Below, in pieces: positions 16,801 to 23,981 of a DNA stretch of 64,000 nt. The position numbers were made by a program, and so were the translations under genes. Source of the stretch: a virus; IMG/VR virus record IMGVR_UViG_3300030419_005456, positions 1 through 64,000 of that record; one strand, 5' to 3'. Positions within the stretch are counted from its first letter, which is position 1. Every line of letters starts with the position of its first letter. The notes under the pieces were generated by a model, which was not told the origin of the DNA, made no database searches, and saw nothing but the letters and a program-made list of their open reading frames with translations.

Positions 16801-19442
16801 TTTCAATGGCTGACGTTATGGATGCCAGTTCTAAAATACCACCTGTCATACTGCAAATGATTCAAGACGGTTTGAACGTACATAGAGGCTTTCAAATGTC
16901 TAAGCTGAAGTACGCCAAAAATTTGGGTGGTATGTTTGCGGGTGGATATCCCTCAAGTTGGCCTGCAACGGTAGGTGGTTCTGGCAAATTGATGACATAT
17001 GCAATCAAAAACGGTCGAATAGAGGACAGAACACCAAGTCGTCAAGCGGCTGCAAACTTTAGAGGATTACATTTTGGCATGGCGGCTAATCCAAACGACT
17101 ATAGTACAGCGTCGGGTATAGGAACAGGGGGTAGTGGTGATGTTAAAGGGATTCTACCTCAAATATGGGGTGGTTATAGACATTTTTATTCCGCAGATCT
17201 TAAAAACGACACTCAAGATGCTATTTGGTGGAAAAAATATGACTTTACAGCATTGAGAAACGATCCTAATGATTTAATGGATTATATCAATAACTACGGT
17301 GGCGCGGCCCATGATGGTTGGAAAGACTGGATAGATGTAGTTGCGAGCGACGATCTTAAACCTCAGTTAAAAGGTCTTGGTGGACCAAGAGGAACATTGG
17401 ATAAAGTTGTTACTACGATGATAGCTGGAAAAGCTAGGTGGCCAAGGGCGGGTGGCGAACAGACTCGCGGTCTTCCCGTTTATGTAGTAACACCCGAAGA
17501 TATAGGAGACTGGTATAAAAAAACAGGCTACCACGTCCTATTCGGTAAAGGCATGAACTGGTTTTCGCAGGTTGAGACGCCCGGAATTCCACATGCTATG
17601 TCTACATGGGATAAAGCCACCGCAGATGAGATTGGTTTTGGTGCGTGGGCTGAAGCTTATAAGAATATGATCAGAATGATTGCCGCCCAATACCCCGTCT
17701 TTCTTTCTGAAAAGTTGAGAACTTTACAGGGGGTAGGAAAAGATGGAATCTTAAGCCAGTTTTATCGAGGCAATAAAAGCTTTGGTGACATTAAATCCGA
17801 CTTGCAATCAATGTCCTTTGGCAGTTGGCAAAGCTTTCAAAAACCATTCATTGATCAAGCTGCTACTGCTGCGATTCAGGCACAGGTAGAGACTATGCAG
17901 AAAACGGTCGCGGCGGGGTCTGGATTGGATGCGGCAATAATGAATCCGATCTTTGCTGGTTTAACCGCTGGTGACTGGAAGGCTAAAGGAAGCCCACTGG
18001 GTGATTGGCCAATTGAAATGGGGGCTGGAAATAAATTTGAAACCGACATAAATGCAATTAAAACTGCTTATGTTACTGAAGCTGGTGATGTTCAAAACGC
18101 ATGGCGAAAAATAATGGGGGGTAATGTAGCAGAAGGATTTGACGATCTGTTTAGCGCTTTAGGTATGGAGAACTCCGTAGGCAACGAATTGAGAGATGAA
18201 CAAAGACAGGCTCAAGCGGATGAAGTAGCGAAAGAGAAAGCAGAAAAAGCCGCCGCCGTAAAAGCTCACGATGTAGAAAAACAAAGATTAGGCGGAGCAG
18301 TAAAATTGTGGAAGTGGAGAGACGTTGTTGACAGGCTTGGGTCTGCTAGAGAATGGATGACAGGTGGAGGAACAGGACTTCGATTCAAACGAAAGACTCC
18401 AAACTATGCAAAATCCGCAGGAAATATGTTTCATAGAATAGATCCAACTGGTGAAAATGCAAAAGTGTTATTCCCATGGTTGATGCAGTTTATGCAAGAC
18501 CTTTATGTATTTAGGCAAGGTAATGCTATAGCGGAGGCTGGCGGCATGGGGGGCTTCAAGTGGAATTATCAAGCACTTCAAGCCGCAGCCTTTAAAAATA
18601 ACCCAGACACCGGAAAAAGAGAAGTCGTGGGAGGGAAATTACAAACAGCCGTAGGCGTGGGGGCTGCTAGAAGATTGGTGGATCTTAATTTTGCTAGTGG
18701 ACGAACATGGTGGAAGACAATAGAAACTTATGCAAATAAGGAGGTAAAAGATTGGTATCCAAGTGCAAAATTAGATGAAGATCAAAAAATGGTGATGGAT
18801 ATGTATTTTGGAGATCTGTGGAAAAATAATGCAGCAATGATAAAGGATCAATCGAAAGCAACAGTAGAACAGTTGCTGGCAGAGGGCAAAACTATTAAAG
18901 CAACCAACAAGGCGTCAGGTGGCCTTATAGGATATTCTGGTGGGGGTGGAGTTTCGGTATTTACTCCTCACGGAACAGATACAGTTCCAGCAATGTTAAC
19001 TCCGGGTGAATACGTAGTAAGTAAGTCTGCTGTAGATGCGGTGGGTATTGGATATTTAAACGCTATTAACAACAGCAAATCGTCAGGAGGCAAAGCTTCA
19101 GGAACTCAATACCTTCACCGAGGAGGACATGTCCAAGAAGCTTCCTCCATGGATAATGGCATGATGGGTCAACAAATTCACGACAGATTTGCTAAATCTA
19201 TATCAAGATTTAGCAGACAAGTTGAAAAATTATCCAAAGCTCTACAGGGCGGGTTTGAATTTAAACACAGTGGAAATATCACTATTACTGTTAGGTTGGA
19301 TGAAACCGCTTCAATCTTCGAGGCTGCACAAGGTAGTTTTGAAGCCATTGCTGGTCAGAAAGTTGCTCAAGGAATTAATGACACGCTTAAACAACATTTC
19401 CCAGACTTACCAAGAGCGGGTTCGGAACTCTTTAACGTTTAA
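10896..19442 (+). CDS. Tape measure protein, 2848 aa, multidomain
   Basis: N-terminal TP901-like TMP core (FEREMVKVSQVTG..RETAETIATGFRTIFTR), hydrophobic Ala-rich segments, long coiled coil, and four DTVPAxLxPGE(F/Y)V cassettes. Confidence 0.9.
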   Translation: MAAPFVLTAQIQLRPPNVRPVVRQMQRQLQGVNANVKVNIPKTATTQANKLNKNLQNIGRSAAGAGKSTRSFGMALRQTLGYLMRYDMARMIINAVTQSIREGARAAVEFEREMVKVSQVTGKSLRSLQDMQKQITQLSTGLGVSSSALVKTAKTLAQTGMVAADVRVSLEALAKTTLAPTFDDIKNTTETAIAALRQFGLEAKQLETELSRINALAANFAVEASDIGVAIRRAGGAFKAAGGNLQELNALFTAVRSTTRETAETIATGFRTIFTRMQRPKTIQFLKQLGIELQDMEGHFVGPYEAVRRLNIALASLDPRDVRYSQIIEQLGGFRQVSKVIPLIQQFGEAQKALAVSQAGGNTLSKDAATAQKALAVQLEKVREEFKALFRELMASKGFQTMIKMALDLARAIIKITDAIAPLLPMLGMLAIGKGVGMLGKGMFRGRASGGRIHAFSGGGLVPGTGNKDTVPAMLAPGEFVIKKSSVKSLGVGTLARVNRYAGGGQVARNQRDVGMLVRRDSDKDPTDFENAQVSIKKVTQKGEVGTLAKLDPTIMFKQPVDVSTFTSSEKFKKIAEEPINKAVRKAAGDLSRSSTKISGKKVTGDKVEKRFTQGVGVLFENYVTALSGLDKPGNKDFDLIGKQKNIGRYAKEQIKQNTDLKLTSNNTAATDVVKKAVNHGLFNTLIKARVKQEQQKQKRATGGSITGSGTDTVPALLTPGEFVINRSSASRIGYGNLNRMNTFGKFAAGGKVPSSGKKRFGLGPPGKTPKAPTAPTDSGGGEGKGMMAMMALMMVVPMLTDSLKDAEGNATKASDSMESLTKILMIGGMAHMLFGESLTKLALKMVATPIGTAMGALAIGAAAAAVAINVWASAVKKEQERIQKKNLGKLQSTGGFQDEGQVMAARQTHLNAAIKKEAAARAKSTATYVAIGAGLVAVGAGIAAFVTAGATAPVAAAAFATAAKAAGVAGVAYLAAGAAATVAAGTIAYMSATAESVREEMVEFESALAKMKLGASLGRFMKSLELVTKGQASPASQAAVISEGMAGLQSAWARVANTDDIEDLQGNIQKVIPGMVDYLGKLEKTTSSFAELQAIVGKDTLNQFARMSGFNLAELEERINANVVIRKKAIAAQKEQLAVMRLQTVRMRQANQAIAAFGALEKHLKTWDHSLSAIQSSINNTFGAAEMGSIAEHFKNLSQAIDPAVLSDKIDAVATIFGTHGTSLGQELKEMSSIQGVLPGILLEASNEIGVGGKRASDIIVDKLTASGIAISDATKRQIAARVGALADTGEGGEGKFAAKIRTDIDGVIKNLMKGMLGTEKVFQEAAKFIDDANKRMAKAFDMRTKLEMKIVQAQSNILSQSFENQKALATARGKEVPGGMEAAAFRGQQEQILAGTRVAGPDVGLVAAEFDILKEKIAASNAALAEFGLQPGMGGNLIDSQRAMLDENQKLKEQFAKTKQVLENYGNIQKRVGDLQKKIAEEAAKRQTMLNAMSDFAFANDKGRQSIMDNFSATVHAVNNGLGSIPDAMRPAVMGVLDQFSNIPMFAGKTGKEMKTDLTIKEMERLFGPLPADIKKQMLEATGPEEAMIKEMRQIQKDGQTAQMAMLDGMKSDRERLTDKIAELHKQLIDGLSAIFLRQEEKELNQQLKEAQTQTNLQQKSLKVFNDLQAMGLPVKDDDMLNAMRNNMEAIKGMKAAQDRMAQLRKAQGAVGFVTGFQGFGEDDDPGVAQQKMVDNIENLAKIQEKLIPFIGADMAAEVARNLQNTLTQIQMKEERGEITTAEMNQQMQDAMKTSLSASIVEQQGIISSGKELLHQLGLSDFSAVLISNVDQISAKFAELPPGSTFTDFSQGLIETTNTIQNINQKLAANQASQNVTQAPPLAASSPGAVRSARGFAAGGFAPKGTDTVPAMLTPGEFVVNRNAAANNMGILKSINSGNAQYFAAGGPVMAHGVFGGIPGAQAGGDVSMADVMDASSKIPPVILQMIQDGLNVHRGFQMSKLKYAKNLGGMFAGGYPSSWPATVGGSGKLMTYAIKNGRIEDRTPSRQAAANFRGLHFGMAANPNDYSTASGIGTGGSGDVKGILPQIWGGYRHFYSADLKNDTQDAIWWKKYDFTALRNDPNDLMDYINNYGGAAHDGWKDWIDVVASDDLKPQLKGLGGPRGTLDKVVTTMIAGKARWPRAGGEQTRGLPVYVVTPEDIGDWYKKTGYHVLFGKGMNWFSQVETPGIPHAMSTWDKATADEIGFGAWAEAYKNMIRMIAAQYPVFLSEKLRTLQGVGKDGILSQFYRGNKSFGDIKSDLQSMSFGSWQSFQKPFIDQAATAAIQAQVETMQKTVAAGSGLDAAIMNPIFAGLTAGDWKAKGSPLGDWPIEMGAGNKFETDINAIKTAYVTEAGDVQNAWRKIMGGNVAEGFDDLFSALGMENSVGNELRDEQRQAQADEVAKEKAEKAAAVKAHDVEKQRLGGAVKLWKWRDVVDRLGSAREWMTGGGTGLRFKRKTPNYAKSAGNMFHRIDPTGENAKVLFPWLMQFMQDLYVFRQGNAIAEAGGMGGFKWNYQALQAAAFKNNPDTGKREVVGGKLQTAVGVGAARRLVDLNFASGRTWWKTIETYANKEVKDWYPSAKLDEDQKMVMDMYFGDLWKNNAAMIKDQSKATVEQLLAEGKTIKATNKASGGLIGYSGGGGVSVFTPHGTDTVPAMLTPGEYVVSKSAVDAVGIGYLNAINNSKSSGGKASGTQYLHRGGHVQEASSMDNGMMGQQIHDRFAKSISRFSRQVEKLSKALQGGFEFKHSGNITITVRLDETASIFEAAQGSFEAIAGQKVAQGINDTLKQHFPDLPRAGSELFNV

Positions 19443-19454
19443 AGGAAAACGTGA

Positions 19455-21953
19455 ATGGCTACTAGCAATGGAAACATAGGATTAAATATAACTGGTGCCG
19501 CCAGCTATGTTACTAATAAAACCCTATTACCTAGCGGTGACAATAGAGAGTTTGGGTACTGGCGTGGAAGCTATAACAAAACAAGCACAAACAGATTTAA
19601 CAAGCTGTACATGGCTCTTGAAGGAACAGGGCTTTATTCTGGAGCGCCAAGGGTTGTAGCCGTAAAAGCTACCGAAGAAGCCGCTGGAATTGACTGTACA
19701 GAAGGTGTTACCGACGCAGGTCTTGGTTCAACGGGGTGTGTTTGGGTATGGTACGACGATGATCCCGAAGAAGATCCCGGTTGGTCACTATATGATGATT
19801 CGGAATGTATAAGCGGCTGTGGATGTACAGGACAAGAGCCAACTTACGAAGGTTCGTCGATGGATGTTGACAGTACCGCCTGTGTTAACATAGGAAGCGT
19901 TGCTGCCGACACACCAGATCAAGCCGGTGATGGTTTTGCCGTATGGCAAAGAGCCGGAACACTTAAAGGTCAAATCGGTAAAGAAGCCATACAAGAAAGG
20001 TCTTTATTCTTAGCAGAAAGATCCAATGTTAACTTGGGAAGCGGAGTGACCCTTTCAGCAACAAAAGGGTTTACTATCTATTCAAAAATACTTCCCAGTG
20101 GTGACATCAGTGATACTGTTATCTTAGCCCAACATAGAGAAAACCCCGCACAGTTTGTTCTAGGATGTGACTTTGATGGTAAATATTACATAAGATCTGA
20201 TGGAAGCGTTTCTGGTAAGAACGCCGCCTACTACGCTAAGTCAGAAAGAAGTTATCAGGAATATAGATATCCTGCTCATGTGGTAGGAGTTTATGCTTCT
20301 GGAGATAAGACACTTAAAATTTATGTTAATGGAAAGGAAGAAGGAAGGTCTGGCGCATTTTCCAGAGATATTACCGGAGGTGACAATTCTAACATCGTTC
20401 TTGGTAAAAGAGGTTTCGCTATATCCGAACGTGGTTTTACTGGATGGGTTGACGAAGCGGGTATTAGCTCAGAAAGCTTTTCACCAGAAGATGTTAAAAA
20501 GTTTTACGATCATACTTTTAACATTACAAGTATATTGGAAACTACTTCTCCACCTACCGGAGCAGCATTAGATGCTAGATATTTTAGTAGCGCATTTGAT
20601 GCAAAAGATAAAGACTATATCCAATTTATAGTTGAGTCTGGAAATTCTGAAAGTGTGCTAGGGGGAGCCTTTGATAGGAATCTGTGGGGGCAAGCAGGGT
20701 ATGCTGTGTCTTCGGTGCTTGATGTTAGGTTACAAGAGACACCCCCAAGATTCCATCAACTCAAAGGTGTTAGCGTAGATGTCTGGGTAGAAAATAGTAC
20801 TAACCATCCTAGTGGTGCTAAACTATCAGCAGCCATCAAGCATAAAAGCAGGGGGTTACCAGCAGCCGATAATAAGGATCTAAACTGGTCTGCTTCAGGA
20901 ATTATGATTCCTTCCGGCTCTAAGAGGCTTATTACGTTTACTAGCCCTCTAGAAAAATCCGATTCATTCTTCCCCGGCGGTCAAGGTTCCGCAAAGAGTG
21001 CTTTCCAAGATCACGAATTAAAATTCACTGTTTACTACCCTTCTTATGACCACCCTTATGATGCCGAATTTAAGGTGTATTCGACCAAGGTTAGGTTCGA
21101 CAGCTTTGAACAAGTGGGAAAGATAAACACATATGATGGCGAACTTCTAGACGGACAAAGGGTTAATCCTTCGTATAAAGATAGAAGTCCCGCACTTTTT
21201 ACGAAGGGCGGATTTTTTACAAGAGCTAGTGGAACAGCAAACCTGTTCGTTAATGCCGCCACCGCTGCTCAAAGTTTGGACTTATTCCTAGATGCTCATA
21301 TACCTCTACTGAGAGTTTCTGGGTCTATGATGAACAGCCCCGGAGCAATAGGAACTGTTGTTAGAAATTCTAGCATGAATTTAAATTTGCTAGGCGCTCT
21401 TGAACGAAGTGACATGAATCTGTATACGGCAGGTCTTGTCTATAATGCAACCAACGAGATGAAATTGGAAACTAAGGGTGGAATAGGATCATATCCATTT
21501 TCATCTAAAACAATGCCTCTGTTCTTAAAACCAGAAGCAGCCAGTGGAATATACACAGCTAGTATGAACTTGGCATTTCCTAATGTTTCCCCAGCCAAGT
21601 TTAATATTAGCTTTCCACAGTTTATTGAAGGTAAGAAGCCATTTGCTACTATGCCTTTGAGTGTAAAAGTTACGGAAACAGGAGTAAACACTACACCACT
21701 ATATGCATTAGGACCAACAGCATACAAGTCTAGTGGAACAATGAACTTGATAATGAAACCTTTAGACCCTCAGTTTATTGTAAGAGGTTCAACGTTTAAA
21801 GGTTTACCAAATGTATTAACAAATAATAGCATGGATTTTGTCACTAAAGGGTATCATAACCCCAGCGGTTCTCTTCCATTAATAATGGCAGGAGCAAAAG
21901 TTGTTACTAGTGGAGAAACAACCATGTTTGTCCGAGGCTATTCTACAGATTAG
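19455..21953 (+). CDS. Tail protein with LamG/concanavalin-like domain, Cys-rich insertion and C-terminal repeats
   Basis: HVVGVY..LKIYVNG..IVLG..FTGWVDE..IS..FSPEDVKKFY matches Laminin_G_3; about 15 short M.L(F/Y)-type repeats at the C-terminus. Confidence 0.7.
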   Translation: MATSNGNIGLNITGAASYVTNKTLLPSGDNREFGYWRGSYNKTSTNRFNKLYMALEGTGLYSGAPRVVAVKATEEAAGIDCTEGVTDAGLGSTGCVWVWYDDDPEEDPGWSLYDDSECISGCGCTGQEPTYEGSSMDVDSTACVNIGSVAADTPDQAGDGFAVWQRAGTLKGQIGKEAIQERSLFLAERSNVNLGSGVTLSATKGFTIYSKILPSGDISDTVILAQHRENPAQFVLGCDFDGKYYIRSDGSVSGKNAAYYAKSERSYQEYRYPAHVVGVYASGDKTLKIYVNGKEEGRSGAFSRDITGGDNSNIVLGKRGFAISERGFTGWVDEAGISSESFSPEDVKKFYDHTFNITSILETTSPPTGAALDARYFSSAFDAKDKDYIQFIVESGNSESVLGGAFDRNLWGQAGYAVSSVLDVRLQETPPRFHQLKGVSVDVWVENSTNHPSGAKLSAAIKHKSRGLPAADNKDLNWSASGIMIPSGSKRLITFTSPLEKSDSFFPGGQGSAKSAFQDHELKFTVYYPSYDHPYDAEFKVYSTKVRFDSFEQVGKINTYDGELLDGQRVNPSYKDRSPALFTKGGFFTRASGTANLFVNAATAAQSLDLFLDAHIPLLRVSGSMMNSPGAIGTVVRNSSMNLNLLGALERSDMNLYTAGLVYNATNEMKLETKGGIGSYPFSSKTMPLFLKPEAASGIYTASMNLAFPNVSPAKFNISFPQFIEGKKPFATMPLSVKVTETGVNTTPLYALGPTAYKSSGTMNLIMKPLDPQFIVRGSTFKGLPNVLTNNSMDFVTKGYHNPSGSLPLIMAGAKVVTSGETTMFVRGYSTD

Positions 21954-21962
21954 GGTAAAAAA

Positions 21963-23972
21963 ATGCCAGTTTCATATCATGCAAATTCACCAGACCAACA
22001 GTGTTATTTAACACCGGCTCCTTTTGTAAACATAGACAAGAATTTTGACAAGGCGGGTAATGGTGAAATATTAGGTGTTAGGTATACAATAACTTTAAAT
22101 GGTACGTTGGTTGCTGATAGAGGTTCTCCGTCTACTCATGAGGATGCAACAAACGGCTTTTTAACTACAGATGGTGAGATGATCATAGATGATCATGTTC
22201 ACGCTAACGGTTACACCGACATCATGAAAAAAATGCAGTTACTAAGGAATCTGTTTAGTAAAATAAATGAAGGTGGAAAATTAGAGATCCAAGCCCCGAA
22301 ACCTGCTGGTGGAGGAGAATTATATACATGTTTTCCTAGAATAGAATCTGTAAGCTTTCCAGAACATGCTCCCGGTAATCCGTTTATACAGCCTTATACT
22401 ATCGTTTTAGAAGCTGACAAAATTACTGGAACTAATCCAGACAATGATGATTTCGCAAGCGATAGGCTTTACGATGCCAACCTTATTAGTGCGGCTAGTG
22501 AAACTTGGGATATAACAGAAGCTTCTGAGATAGTTATTGGCAGAGAAGAAAAAGAAGAGGACCAATTAGCTCAAATAAAAGAAACAGCTAAAACCTTTAC
22601 GGTTACGCACACCCTTTCTGCTACTGGAAAACGAATGTTTAACGAAGAGTCGGGTGGAGCGGATGGGCTTGATAACACTGACCGAACTGATAGGGGTACA
22701 AAATTTTGGAACAAGCTTAAAGAGACTGGAACGGCAACGCCAACGGGTGAAGCGTGGTATCAAGCTAGAGAGTTTGTAAGAAAACAACTTAAGCCGGGAT
22801 TTAATGCTGGCTTAGGTGAAGATGGCGCTAGAGACGGGGTGAAAAATAATACAGACGATAGGGATAAGTATGGCATTAATATGCCAAAGAAGTTTACATG
22901 GAATGAAGAGGCAGAAATATATTACTCGGCTTTTGATTATGTAAAAACTGAGAATGTTGACGAGTTAGCTGGTACATTTTCTGTAACTGAAACTTGGGTG
23001 CTGGCTCCAAGCAATACAACCGCTACTGAAACAAGCGAGATTAGTATACAGGAAAACACAGAAGGTAGTAAGACTATTGCAATTAATGGCAATATACAAG
23101 GCTTTGGCGTTGAAGTTAAGGATACAGACACTTCGGATAAAGGGGCTGTAACAACCTACAAGGAAGGCTACGCCACAAAGTACACAAACGCCCTCGCTAA
23201 ATTCGCACAGATTGAGCCTAACTTATATATACTAGCTAGACAATTTTTAGCAAAAAACAACATGGATGGGTTTACCGTAAAACCAGTGCCTACCCAGAAG
23301 AGTCATGGGCATAATCCTGTAGTTGGAACTATTAATTACAATTATTCTTATGAGGTTGTTCCTTCTGACTCAGATGATTGTATACCATTGGCGATAACTG
23401 ACAGCCTTAGCATAAATGACACCTATCCGGGTCATACCTTTGCTCAACAAGTCGTTATAGGAAGAAAGCTGGGTCCAGTATTGCAGGATATTGGAACTCA
23501 GACTGTGTGGAAGAGAACTGTATCTTTGGGTTGTACTGTTGATACTACAAGCCCAAATCTTTGTATAAACTCTAGCAAGCAAAGAACGACACATAGAACT
23601 GAGGAAGATTGCACAGAGGATGGAAACACATGGGTTGACAATCCGAATCACCCTGATAATTGTTCGAGTCAAATTGGTATAAAACCAAGTATGAATAAAA
23701 AGGTTATTGTGGAGGGTGCAAAAAGTCAAAGAAAAGGTATACGAGAGTTAATAGACTCACTTAAACCTGACGTTGGGGTAACAGCAATTTACTATGACCC
23801 CCCTCAAGAAACTTGGAATCCTAAAACGGGAGCTTGGACTTATAATATAACATGGACTTATGAATTAGAAAATAGTTACCTGTGCAATGAAGATGTTGAC
23901 GGTATAGTTCCGGGTGAAGGAACAGATGAGACACAAAAGGGTGACAGAGAATATCCGGGTACAGCTTCTTAG
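21963..23972 (+). CDS. Putative distal tail/baseplate hub protein
   Basis: 669 aa, beta-rich, with recurring tube-like strands (SETWDI, GTFSVTETW, GTINYNYSY); second gene after TMP. Confidence 0.5.
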   Translation: MPVSYHANSPDQQCYLTPAPFVNIDKNFDKAGNGEILGVRYTITLNGTLVADRGSPSTHEDATNGFLTTDGEMIIDDHVHANGYTDIMKKMQLLRNLFSKINEGGKLEIQAPKPAGGGELYTCFPRIESVSFPEHAPGNPFIQPYTIVLEADKITGTNPDNDDFASDRLYDANLISAASETWDITEASEIVIGREEKEEDQLAQIKETAKTFTVTHTLSATGKRMFNEESGGADGLDNTDRTDRGTKFWNKLKETGTATPTGEAWYQAREFVRKQLKPGFNAGLGEDGARDGVKNNTDDRDKYGINMPKKFTWNEEAEIYYSAFDYVKTENVDELAGTFSVTETWVLAPSNTTATETSEISIQENTEGSKTIAINGNIQGFGVEVKDTDTSDKGAVTTYKEGYATKYTNALAKFAQIEPNLYILARQFLAKNNMDGFTVKPVPTQKSHGHNPVVGTINYNYSYEVVPSDSDDCIPLAITDSLSINDTYPGHTFAQQVVIGRKLGPVLQDIGTQTVWKRTVSLGCTVDTTSPNLCINSSKQRTTHRTEEDCTEDGNTWVDNPNHPDNCSSQIGIKPSMNKKVIVEGAKSQRKGIRELIDSLKPDVGVTAIYYDPPQETWNPKTGAWTYNITWTYELENSYLCNEDVDGIVPGEGTDETQKGDREYPGTAS

Positions 23973-23981
23973 GAATAAAAA

